Source of the DNA: Chrysomallon squamiferum
Taxonomy: Eukaryota; Animalia; Mollusca
Direction of reading: 5' to 3'
Length of the DNA: 64,000 bases
NCBI GenBank assembly: GCA_012295275.1
Contig: CM022667.1
Span: 8,928,001 to 8,992,000, forward strand
Positions within the stretch are counted from its first letter, which is position 1. Every line of letters begins with the position of its first letter. Below are positions 44,501 through 56,525 of this stretch, one piece after another. The translations under genes were made by a program, and so were the position numbers. The notes under the pieces are model-generated. The model was not told the DNA's origin. It was given only the letters and a program-made list of their open reading frames with translations, and made no database searches.

Positions 44501-45699
44501 AAACAAAGGATTTGAATATCTTTACACAAGGATATTTCGTAGACAAAATACCTGACATAAGAAAATTATAATTAGTGTTCGTATTTGCCTTTTATGATCT
44601 TTTTAAAAACATTTTAATCACTTGGAAAAAAAAGAAGAAAAAATCAATATTCTGTGTCGCATATTTTTTTTTTTTTTTTTTTTTTCTTAGAACAAATCGA
44701 TAAAAGGAGGGGTTAACGGAATGCTATTTCACAGTTGTTACATAAAAATATATGGTTTGTAGTTTTCTGTTCGTCTGTAAGTTTATCCGTAGTTAAAGAC
44801 TGATTTCAGTCGTTAGCCAGTACGTAGTGTTTGTTTTGTTCCGTAAATTTCTAGCAAATCGATCCGAACCATTTAATGGTTTTCTTCAATTCTAGATGTG
44901 CTAATTAAACGAAACTGTGCTGTAATTAACAGAATGTAGCAAATAACAGATAAGAAAAATTATTCTATAATGATATTTATTCCGAAATAAAGACAGAAAA
45001 CAAGGTGTGTATGTGTGTGTGTGTGTGTAAGTGTGAGCGAATTATTCTCTCTTTTAAGCGCACACATACATACAAACCACAACACTAGTGTGAAATGTAG
45101 AAACTCTCATCTGAAGAAATAAATAAAATAAAATATGACAAAAGCAAATATACAACAACAGAACGAATGAATAAGAAACAAAAAAAGAAACTGAGGAATG
45201 TATGTGTTTGTGTTTGTGTGTATGTGTCTATATATATATATATATATATATAAAACGTTATTAAAAAAATCTTTATAATTTCAGCAGATTCTTATTTTTC
45301 TAGGCGTCAGTACTTTAGCTCTTAATCGTCCCGATAAGCACATGTCTTATTTATATTAAAAAGTTTTGATAACGCAAGGTCTCAACAGAAAATAATGTTT
45401 AAAATTATAGTGTTCGTGCAGATCCTGATCGTAATTAATGATAATTTTAAATTATAAATGAAATTAAAAAAAAAAAAAAAAAGTCTGAGTGCTGTATATT
45501 TTTATTTAATTTCAGTTAAATAAGGAAACATTATCGCTATACATATCTTTGCACAGAGAAGTTAAGAAAAAAATAAGAAAAAGAAAAAAAATATCCTCGA
45601 CATTAATTAGCATTTAATCACTTTTAATATCAGTAAAGAAATTCATTAAATTTAATTTTCTGAGAGTTGACACTATGTTCTTATCTTGTTTTCGTAGCA

Positions 45700-45950
45700 A
45701 AGCCGCAACGCAACTACAGTTCCGGTCATTACGTTTCCGGTTAAAAAGCCGTGAAGGAAAATAGCGGTGGAATGAAATAGAAAACAGAGCGGAAACGGCT
45801 AAGAGCTTCTTGCACCTTCTCGATGACGTCACGATGGTAGTTTTAATTTGGTCAATAGATTTTGTTTATGAATGAAACACGAGAGGAAGTGAGAAGGGTA
45901 GTAGCTACTTTTTTTTACCCCGCCTCAATACTAAACACCGGAAATAATTA
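45700..45950. promoter_or_regulatory. CpG-rich promoter upstream of the CpcT-VirK gene, probably bidirectional and shared with EEPD1
   Basis: Motif cluster: ACTACAGTTCC (ZNF143/THAP11-type, 45713-45723), TTCCGG ETS-like sites (~45720, ~45735, and CCGGAAA ~45938), TGACGTCA CRE (45824-45831), GAGGAAGTG (~45883) and GC-box CCCCGCCTC (45918-45926). Confidence 0.6.
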
Positions 45951-46164
45951 TTTAGTGAAGGATGTTAATTTTGGTATTTAAATGTCAACAGAAGCCGGCA
46001 GTTGACAGAATGTTGAATTCCAAAACAGCAGGGAATTATTCTTTAATGATAGGACTGGTTTGGAAAAAAGGTTTTGGTGTTGTGAACTTTAACACAAGTT
46101 TTAAAACTGGATGTTAAATAACAGACTATTACTGCTGATTGAAAAAAATAAATAAAAAAATACA

Positions 46165-46826
46165 ATGAGGTGCGCCGATTTCAAAGGATATTCGCTGATT
46201 TGTTACTTTTTCTGCTGGATTATGTTTTTCATCGCACATATCACAGTGACTCGAGGATCGTCTCTTCAAGGCGACATGAAAATTTTATCTCACATTTTGC
46301 CAGGAGTGTACACGAATTCGCAACAATATTTGAACGAATCGGGCAAAAACATGACGTCTGCTAGACGCCATTTCTTAATGAAATCGACGTATCGGCCCGT
46401 GGACGTTCCGTTTCTTCCTGGATCGTTCAACGTGTTTGCAGAACAGTTCCACGGAGACGACCTCATCCCGTACAGACAACGACTTTACAGCTTCAGCATC
46501 GACAACAGCCAACGCGCCATTCGAATGAAGATTTTTAGTTTCAACGACAGCGGAACCGCTGAACAGACACTTCATTCTCTGTCCTCTCTGTCGCATTTAA
46601 ATCCGCGTGACCTTGACAACTCAAAATGGCTGTGACATGTTTTGGAGAAGATTGAGTAGGACAATGTTTATCGCCGCAACAGGAATAGAATGTCTTGGAA
46701 CTATAAAAGGAGAAACGGTATTATTTATAGATTGTGTGTCATTTATTCACCATAGCCGCACCTTAATAATAATAATAATAATAATAATATTAGTAGTAGT
46801 AATAGCAGTAGCAGTAGCAGTAGTAA

Positions 46827-46864
<38 letters not shown>

Positions 46865-47170
46865 ATAGTAGTAGAAATAATAACAACCACAACAACAGTA
46901 TTATTATAGTAATAATAATGAATGAAATATACCAGCTCCTCCTTCCTTTTGTTTAAAAATCAGGAACCTAATATTCTTAGGTGTTTAAATTTGTTTTTGT
47001 TTTTGTTGTTTTAACAAAAACTCCTATAAAAATATGTGCTTTCCTTCTTGCTTATATTTGAATGTTATGTATTTACATAAATTATGTGTACATTATAAGT
47101 GATGCCTCTATTCAACAAACAACTATTTTTTACAAATAAACAAATTCATTTATTAATTTATTACCTTTGA

Positions 47171-47235
<65 letters not shown>

Positions 47236-47780
47236 TTTGTGCGTGTGTGTTTGTTCCTTTGTTGTTGTTGTTTTTTCTTAAATTTATTATATTATTATTT
47301 TTTTATATCTAAAAAAAAAAATAATAAAAAAAATACAACAACAACAGAATATAGTTTTTATGGGAGGAGACACCATGCTTTGTAATCTGAATAAAGCCCA
47401 AAAGCGGTGACATTTTAAAATAGGTTGTGAACCGGAAAACGTTACGTAAACAGACACATTTTGATCTTTAATTTTATCGCCATTGAAAGTAATTGTGTTT
47501 TCCTTTGGTAATCTATCCGCAGTAAATGCACGCACCAGCTTATTTCAAACGAGCTCTTTGATCCATTGCAACAAGATATAATGGTAATAACAAAACACGT
47601 AATTATAACTGGGCTGCAGTATCAGTGTAATATTAACACCAGCAGTTTTAGTTTTTAACAATAATAGTAAAGTTATTGGTAATAGTAGATGTAGTTTCAG
47701 CAATGACACTAATAGTAGTAAGCGTAGAAGTAACAATAATGGAAAGAGTAGTAGTAATTCTAGAAACAAATATATATACT

Positions 47781-47822
<42 letters not shown>

Positions 47823-47947
47823 TTTATCATCATTATAATCACAATATTAATAACAAGAAACAAACATCACCAATAACTTACAAAAACATTCAAAACATTT
47901 TATGTCAGTAAATGTTTGAATCCAAATTATTTTGACAACTATTATCA

Positions 47948-47989
<42 letters not shown>

Positions 47990-48476
47990 CACTCACTAAC
48001 TTATTTATTTACTAAGGTACGTGTATCGGTGACAATAACTCTAACGTCTAAAGTTATCCAGACTCAGGAAGCGTGGTACCGGGTAAAAGACGGAACCAAA
48101 GTCGTGGAGATTGAAATCCCGTATCACCTGATCAAAATTAAAAAGTATAAAGCCAAAAGGTAAATATTTACTTTCATTCTCTTATTATTCTTTTTCATCT
48201 GATTAATGTAACCTTATAATCACTATTTCTACAGGTACCAAACCATTTGTGACCGGATGAATCCGGATATTCCGGACCAAAACGTGATAATTCTGTGCAT
48301 AAAATATGAAATAGAAATTAAAAGAACGAAATGGTATTTAACAGATACATACAAATGGTCTGTACTGTTTTACCAGTTCCAAAATATTTGTATACTTTTG
48401 TTCTCTAAGTATATACTGACTTTTCATTTTTAATTGTCTTTCTTTATTTTATTTTTTTAATTTATTATTATTTTTC

Positions 48477-48563
<87 letters not shown>

Positions 48564-50112
48564 TCTTCTATTTCTTTCTTTTATCTTTATTATTCCTTTT
48601 TCCTCACATTTTGCTTTATCTCACTCTCATTTTCTTTCTTTTTCCAAATTCCAAACGAATCATATTTTGTTTTCATTTTTGATTTCAGTTTTAAAATGAG
48701 GTCCAAGAAATCGAGTAGAGAATTAAATCTTCAAAACGACTTGCCAGAGGTTCCGTCAAACGGGAAGGTCAGATACAGAACGAAAAAACTCTTCTTAAGA
48801 AAAAAGTTTCATGTATCCATGAGCACGTGGGCAATCAACAGCTTCCGGGGATTACAGGATGCCCTCACTTCCGGTCGCGTGGTACATTACGTCGTTGACC
48901 TTTCAGCTTGTTCTTTCCCCCCACAGACGAAAATAAACCGGAAATCGTTTGGTGATAAGATTACTATGTTTGAAAACATAAAACTTTTCGACGGAAAGAA
49001 AAGGAATATTATAAAGTTTTCGCAGAACAGGATGCTGCAGGATCGAAATGGTTAGATTACATTTTTATTTATTTGTTTAATTTTCTATTCATCTGTTCAG
49101 GGTCATTGTCCGTCGATTCCTCCATGATTAAACTAGATAAACATCGCTACAAGGAGACAGACAGATTTTTTTTGACTGCATTCAGTAAACCATCGATTTA
49201 ATTTTTACCTCGATTCCGTGTATTTTGGATTAGTGGACACAAATTTAGCAAACTGATTTCTTTACGTTCGAACCACGTAACTAAATTTCCTCAGGAGCAA
49301 TAGCTACCTCTCCGTAATTTACACACACCTCAAAATGTACCGCACTTAGTGTGAGTGGTGCTGATTTGTAGAAACCACACCCACACACTGATATTTAATG
49401 ATTTTTTATGATTAATATAAACCCCTCTATAACCAAGTGAATCACCTCTCCAAATTTTAGAATTGGAACGTGTCAATTTATTCCATGAAAAAAAAAAAAA
49501 AAAATAAAATAAAAAATATTTATTATTAAAAATAGTGAGTTCAAAAATTATTCGTATTGTAGCATTAAAATGCTTAAAATTACAATCTTACATTATCAAA
49601 ATATTTTAATTGTTAAACATTTATTATCCGACGGATTTCGACTATTTTGTCTGTATTAGTCCGATAATGCGAGAGTCTACTGTAGTTTCAAATATAAACG
49701 AGCAATAGATAGATACTGACATTCACACAGACACACAAAGCGTAGCAACAAGTTTTAGTCCGATACATTGTTCGTTATAGCATCAAATCATTATGTGCAC
49801 TAGTTTATCTGTTTCACGCTCTTGCTAATTTATTGTGTGCCTTGCAGCCTACGAGAAGGTGCATAAAAAACATCCTTACTGCTAAAAGAAAAAGAAAAGA
49901 CCAACCGGTTTGCTCTTTCGTTATCTGTGTAATACTGAACGATAAGATGTTGATATTTGATTTATTATATAAGAAACTCAGTTTCAAGATCGATATTTAA
50001 TTAACTGATTCCATTGGGCTTTATACTCCAAGCAATAACTTCATACCCAAAAGTGAAAGAAACAAGTTTGTGTCAACGTTGTTTGCTTACTTATCTGTCT
50101 CGAAATTCATTT

Positions 50113-50188
<76 letters not shown>

Positions 50189-50810
50189 TTTAAAAAACGA
50201 AAACAAATATAAATGTTCTTCTGTATTTTTAAAGGATAAACACGTAGAAGATATTTGAAGAGTTTCTAATATCTGAATGTGTCTGCCTCTCTCTCTCTCG
50301 TATTTCCCTGTTACACAGTTTTAATTAAATGTAATGTTAAACTGACAGTAAACTAATTTCGTTTTCAGGAGGCGACATTATTGTAAGGGAGATAACCGTG
50401 TTTGGTAATGGGAGAGTTCTGGTTAAAGTTATTATCGGTAATGAAAACGCAAATCGATATCCCAGAGCGTATGCTGGGTACTGCAGGTTATTCGACTATC
50501 GTGTAAGGTGAGTTGTTTCCCCTCTTCTGTCACTGGCGAGTAGTTCAACTCGCTCGCTCTCTCTTATTTACCTTCATCCACTCTGTTATATATCAAGCGG
50601 TGTTCACACACATACACATGCACTTCCACACATACCCAAGAATAAAAGCACGCGCACCTATGTTATTGAATACGGTAATGAAATAGTATCGATAACTATA
50701 AGTTTTAACTAAGCTAAACTAAACTGAACTAATAATTAACTAAATAAAAATAAATATATAAATAAATAAATAGAAAATGAGTGACATTATTTTCATCGTC
50801 AAACATTTTC

Positions 50811-50842
<32 letters not shown>

Positions 50843-51151
50843 TGCACTTATTTACATAATTACATTCGTATTTACTTAATATGTATTATATATATGTGTT
50901 TTATTTTTAATTTTTTAATATATTATTTATTTAGGAAAGGTGGGATTAGATTCTCCACAGACCCACTGAAGGACATAGAAGAAATTAAGACTTTTACAGA
51001 GCTCAAATCATCACTAATGTCAGGAAAACAAGTGCGCATGTCCGTAGATTTAACGAAATGTTCCGGTTCGGACAACACAGAACGCAGAGAAGTAGGAGGA
51101 GAAATTCGAGGTATTATTAATTTACTATCGTCATTACTGTGTCGTTATTAT

Positions 51152-51198
<47 letters not shown>

Positions 51199-51463
51199 TT
51201 ATTACTACTACTAGTAGTACTACTACTACTGTTATTGAATTTTTCATTTAGCAATTTAAATTTAATAACGTAACTACTATAACAAGGATTTTTGTCTCTT
51301 ATTTATTTATTTTATTTTTTATTTGTTTTTTGTTATAGTTGTTGGATTATTATTGTTGTTTTTATTATTATTGTTATTTTTATTATTATTATCTTTATTT
51401 CCATTATTACTGTTGTTGCTGTTGTTTGCATTAGTATTAGTATTATTATTATATTTATTATTA

Positions 51464-51510
<47 letters not shown>

Positions 51511-51770
51511 GCAGCTTACGACTTCACAGATTCTGACGACGGAATAGAATTTACTTTGTCACGGTCAGAAATTGACCTCGTGCGGCGGGAGGTCTCGCAG
51601 CTCATTTTGATTGGTCGGTTTCTCAGCAATGGCGACGTTCTTTTACAGAGACTCAGAACAGACACGAAAACGCCATTCCGGAAATTCAGAACCATTACAG
51701 ATGTGCTATAGAGGTGAACGGACTAAGACACAACACACGAAACAATTCTGTTAAAATGTTTACTTTGTAA
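46165..51770 (+). CDS. Secreted protein: signal peptide + CpcT/CpeT (T-type bilin lyase-like) domain + 2 VirK-like domains, ~542 aa after correcting two 1-nt frameshifts; exons 46165-46717, 48017-48159, 48689-49050, 50369-50507, 50935-51110, 51515-51770
   Basis: The leader is hydrophobic. CpcT-like motifs: LPGVYTNSQQ, FAEQF..PYRQRLYSF, L....GCDMFW, EC, PYHLIK. VirK-like repeats: INSFRGLQDALTSGRVVHYVVDLSAC and IKTFTELKSSLMSGKQVRMSVDLTKC, each followed by G..I, NG.V and Y-x(0,1)-C...(G/S)(I/V)..F. The five GT-AG introns have matching phases (0,2,1,2,1). Frameshifts lie at ~46612 and ~51641-51690, so a pseudogene or assembly error cannot be excluded. Confidence 0.75.
48481..48560. repeat. (CT)n microsatellite
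   Basis: Perfect dinucleotide run in intron 2 of the CpcT-VirK gene. Confidence 0.95.
49183..49684. mobile_element. Possible degraded pogo/Tigger-type MITE in intron 3 of the CpcT-VirK gene
   Basis: The right end cgagagtctactg-ta (reverse complement TA-CAGTAGACTCTCG) resembles pogo-like CAGT-starting TIRs. The left end CAGTAAACCATCG matches 10/13 but lacks a clean TA. Confidence 0.3.
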
Positions 51771-51877
51771 AGCAGGTTGAAAGTACGCCGAGAGAGAGAG
51801 TGAGTGAGAGAAAGAGACCCACTGATAGAAAGAGAGAGACAGAGACAGAGAGAGAAAGAATGAAAGAGAGAACGAAA

Positions 51878-51951
<74 letters not shown>

Positions 51952-52846
51952 GTATTGGACGAGAATGAAAAGGAGGAAATAGCACATAATTGCCTCAAAT
52001 CGTTGATTTCCGCCGCTGTCCGTTAGCAGATTCAGACTGTGACGTAATAATCATTATCTGTGCTTCACGTAATAGCTATAATTTGTATACGTCCGGTACT
52101 GGTGCAGTATTACGGTTAATTATATATCTAACTGTATTTTAAGGATTACGATTTAGTTCAGAACAAGATACAGTTACGACAGTGATTAAGAAAGCTCATT
52201 TGCTATGAGTTATTAAGTTAAATAGTTTTTTTTTATTTTGACTGGAAACAAACACAGTCCTACTATATATAAAAAAAAAAATATATAAAAAGGAAGGAAA
52301 CAGAAGAGAAAGGAAGATGAATAGTCATTACAGAAGTACGCTGATGCAAGGGAAGTAACTCGTTTGTTAGAACATTTGGATGATGTAAATAAGTACCTGA
52401 ATTTCTCTTTTAATACCAAAGCTTAGATTGTTGTTATTTATTGCAGTTTCATGTTTATTATTATTACTGTCATCATTAACATTTCATATTTTTACGATGC
52501 TGTTTTATTATTATTATTTCTTTTCTTTTTATTATTATTATTATTATAATTTTTTTTAAAAATAAATAGTGAAAATGGTTTATTTATTTTTGATATTTAT
52601 TTGTTCTTTTGACGCATGCGTATGAAGATGCTGAGAGAGAGAGAGCGATAAAGAGGGAGATACAGAGTTAAATAGAGAACAGACAGACAGAGACACAGAG
52701 AGAGAGATAGAGAAAGAGAGACAGAGAATAAAGATAGACAGATAGACAAAGATTAAACGAATGAAATGTTTTATGAATTTACATATGACAGTTGAAGATT
52801 ATTTAAACTGAAAACAGAAACAAACAAAAAATCCCAATAATAGTAA

Positions 52847-52881
<35 letters not shown>

Positions 52882-52911
52882 ATAATAATAATAAATAATA
52901 AAATAAATTAA

Positions 52912-52942
<31 letters not shown>

Positions 52943-53267
52943 AATAAAATAAATACATAAATATAAAAAAATAATAAAAATATATAAAATAAAATAAAAT
53001 AAAATAAATAAATAAATAAATAAATGAATGAATGAATGAATGAATGAATGAATGAATGAATGAATGAATGAATGAATGAATAAATGATTGAATGAATGAA
53101 CCATCTAACAAGAACGTTCACAAACATTACAGACATAGGGGCCAAAACCTTACTCAAATAAACAACGACAACGTCTTCTGTGCAGTTTATGTACTTTCAG
53201 AAGAATTACAAGAGCTGGGCTTTCTAAGTTTAATGATCTGTGAGCCTCTCTCTCTCTCTCTGTGTTA

Positions 53268-53893
53268 CTATTGTATGGTGTAGTATTTGGATCCAACATC
53301 TGTGACCGTCGCGTTCTCGATCGACTTGAAGAGGAAACAGTTCGTGTGCACCGTGCTGTCGCTTACAACAAACGAACTACATCCGCGAACGCGCATGCAC
53401 AACCTCCAACACACTCGTCTGTCGGTCGCATTCACTTCCGCCATCATCTGGTCGGACCGGATATCCGGTATCAGATCACGTGAGGCCACGCGGAAATAGA
53501 CTGAGTCACGCCCGCTGTCGGTCCACTTGTTCTTGCGCATCGTCGCCTTCCACGCTGCACTTCCGGTGAGGCAGTGAAAGCCGACGAGGTCGCAGGAATG
53601 AACTTTGATTGCCTCCCCTGGTCGTCGGGAATCTTCGGTAAGACACTGGATTTCTCGATTTCCCGCCACTTTCCTCTCCATGTACACTGAAAGAGAGACG
53701 AAGAACAATAGAATCATGTATAAAAACAGAGAAACTAATTTCAGAAAAATCTAACGTTACAGTCCAGTAGCTCTAAAATCTACAACGAAATAATAATTAA
53801 AGGAAACTTTGAACGTATTACTACTATCATCATCATCATCATTATTATCATCGTTGTTATTATTATTATCATCGTTATTATTATTATTATTAC

Positions 53894-53950
<57 letters not shown>

Positions 53951-54972
53951 CGTTATTATCGTTATCATCGTTATCATCGTTGTTCATTATTATTATTATT
54001 ATTATTATTATTACGGCACACCTCCTGGATCAACCTTCCAGTTTTTAGGTTGACAGAACGACGCCATGTTCTTCACTTCCTCGCTAGACGGCACCGCCGA
54101 GTAGATCTGAAAGCAGACGACCCTTCCCACAAACCCTTGCTCCTCGCTGTCCGGGTCGTGCGAGCCTCCGATTCGCAGGGAGCCGACGACGGGAAGAGCG
54201 ATTTCGTTAGGAAAGTCGTCGTCGAGGTTCTCCAGCAGCTTGCTGTCGTGAAACACCTTCAGCGTCCCGGTTTCGTAGTCCCTGCTGATGACCACGTGGC
54301 TCCACGTGTCTGCGGCGAGGACGTTGGGAATGGCCGTGGTGCCCACGGACACTCCGTACTCGTCCCAGAACGAGATGAAGAAGTATTCTTCCATGAGAGA
54401 GATTTTCAGCACGTCGCCGCTCTCACAGCGGTAACTGAGGATCGTCCCTGCGGGTTTACCCTCGGGGTAAATGTGGAACGACAGGGCGAGGTCTTGGAAG
54501 TTTACTTTCCCGTCGAGAACGATTTCGATCGCAGAGCGAGGCGCTCCGGTCAGCTTCAGCGCGTCGTACGGCATGCCGGGATATCCTCTGCCAAACCGGA
54601 AGCAGCCGCCATCTCCCACAATTCTCGCGTCACGACCTCGAATGACCTCGGAGTAAACGGAAGTGTTTCCAAGCGGCCATACGTACTCAGGAGTCAGCTC
54701 TCCAGCAGACGACACCGGCGAAACTGAAAATAGAAATTTTGCAAAATAAAATAAATTTTATTTTATTTGTGTATTGTTTATTATAAATAAATGAATTATA
54801 TGATTAAAATATAACTTCTGCAGCACATATAGTAATGATAATAACAACAACAACAACAACAACAACACAACAAGAACAACAACAGTTATAACAACAGTAA
54901 CAACAATAGCAACTACAATAACAACAACAACAATACTACTACTACTACTACTACAACTAATAATAATAATAA

Positions 54973-55003
<31 letters not shown>

Positions 55004-55327
55004 AAGCAGAAGAAGGGGAGGTGAAGTGGTATTAGTGGTGGTAGTAGTAGTAGTAGTAGTAAGGCTTCTTACACCCAACAACAGCAGCGCAAGAGAACAA
55101 AAGACCAGAAAAATAAAAACGAACAAAGTAATTCTGTTTGGTGTGATTCAAAATACCAGTAACTGGCAACACTAAAATCTGGAGGGGATGTCTTTAAAAC
55201 ATTTAGGCCACAAGCCGAAAATAAAACAACACTATATACTGGTTGTACGTAATTCAAGAAATACACAGTTTCACTTACCTTGTGTAAAAGTATAAAAGAA
55301 AAACAAATATAAAGTTGAAAGCGCCAT
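53268..55327 (-). CDS. Secreted LamG/pentraxin-like (ConA-fold) + PAN/Apple domain protein, ~389 aa; exons 55327-55279, 54723-54022, 53686-53268
   Basis: Exon 1 (MALSTLYLFFFYTFTQ, donor AG|GTAAGT) joins in phase 1 to VSPVSSAG and completes a signal peptide. LamG motifs: YVWPL, LALSFHIYP, WSHVVISRD..GTLKVFHD, LRIGG, GFVGRVVCFQIY. The C-terminus C...C....C.SF......C.L fits a PAN/Apple Cys pattern. Total 1170 nt, open. Confidence 0.85.
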
Positions 55328-55439
55328 GATGTTATATTTCTGCCATATTCAACGCTTTGTGACAGTCGTCTGTTAAACATTTCTGTTTATACCAGCCGTA
55401 AATCGCATTACAGACAGAGAACGGAAATCGTCTTAACGT

Positions 55440-55530
55440 CTCCGCATTCCAGGGAATTATGGGTACTCCAGATTTCACACGTGACACAAAGCTGGCGCTC
55501 ACGTCAGCTTAGTTTGACGACGTCTTAGTC
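55440..55530 (-). promoter_or_regulatory. Proximal promoter elements of the LamG-PAN gene
   Basis: GCATTCCAGGGAATTATGGG (ZNF143/Staf-like, ~55444-55463), CACGTG E-box (~55478-55483) and CACGTCA half-CRE (~55500), 120-200 nt above the ATG. Confidence 0.4.
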
Positions 55531-55704
55531 GCAGTGGGTTCCTGGTGATGATGTTTTCAAAATAATTTGTGAAACAGAAAATATTCTGGACATAAACGAT
55601 ATTTTAAAATTAATACAAAATAAATTAAAAAATTAAAAAAAGTATAATTAAAAATTAAAATCAAATAAACAGTCCAAAGTCAATATTATAATTAAAAAAA
55701 ATAA

Positions 55705-55707
<3 letters not shown>

Positions 55708-55797
<90 letters not shown>

Positions 55798-55905
55798 ATT
55801 ATTATTATTATTATTATTAATATTATTATTATTAAATAAATAAATATTTTAAAGGAATAATAAGAAAGTTTTATAAACAGATACATTTTAGTTAACAAAT
55901 AAAAC

Positions 55906-55991
<86 letters not shown>

Positions 55992-56023
55992 TGTCTGTGT
56001 GTGCGTGTGTGTGTGTGTGTGTG
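55708..56023. repeat. Inverted arrangement of (CT)n (55708-55797) and (GA)n (55910-55989) microsatellites followed by (GT)n
   Basis: Seen directly. Confidence 0.9.
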
Positions 56024-56487
56024 TCTAACAAGTCTTTATAACAGCGGATGAAAGCAAAGATTTTACAAATCTGACAATGTCTCGTTTATCAATATTTTAC
56101 TATCATTAACTTTGTCAACATAAGAGCCTTAGTTTCGTAATTATTCTAATCACGAATGGCTTCATCCCGGAACCGGTTTCGGTTCACCTTTGTGACCGTA
56201 GCCGCACATGCGTACAAAAACCAATTTGCAGAAGTATCAACGTTTGTACAGCTATGCTCGGCCCATATAAGAAAGCTGCAACTTTAGGAGGTTCTGTTCT
56301 AATATCTCTGTATTGATTTTTTCATTAGCCCTCGTAATAGTATCATAAAGTTACCATACTCCAATAACTGCCTATTTCCGTGAAGCTTTTGCGAGAAGAG
56401 CCGAAATTAGGCCGTAGCAAGGTTATCTGAAGTGAGGGCGTATTTGTTAGAATCAGTTAATGTGTTGGGGAAAAACAAAAAAAAATA

Positions 56488-56525
<38 letters not shown>

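Noticed and set aside
46165-51770. Bacterial contamination as the source of the CpcT/VirK sequence
   Set aside because: Five phase-consistent spliceosomal introns, several containing host-type microsatellites, and animal genes on both sides.
54050-54727. 225-aa plus-strand ORF, and similar ORFs at 25260-26375, 3747-4028 and 53262-53499
   Set aside because: Antisense shadows of GC-richer real exons (LamG, EEPD1, TALE, PAN).
54758-55126. Signal-peptide-like ORF MFVFIFLVFCSLALLLLG as first exon of the LamG gene
   Set aside because: No in-frame ATG and its likely donor is in the wrong phase; exon 55327-55279 has an ATG, a consensus donor and the correct phase 1.
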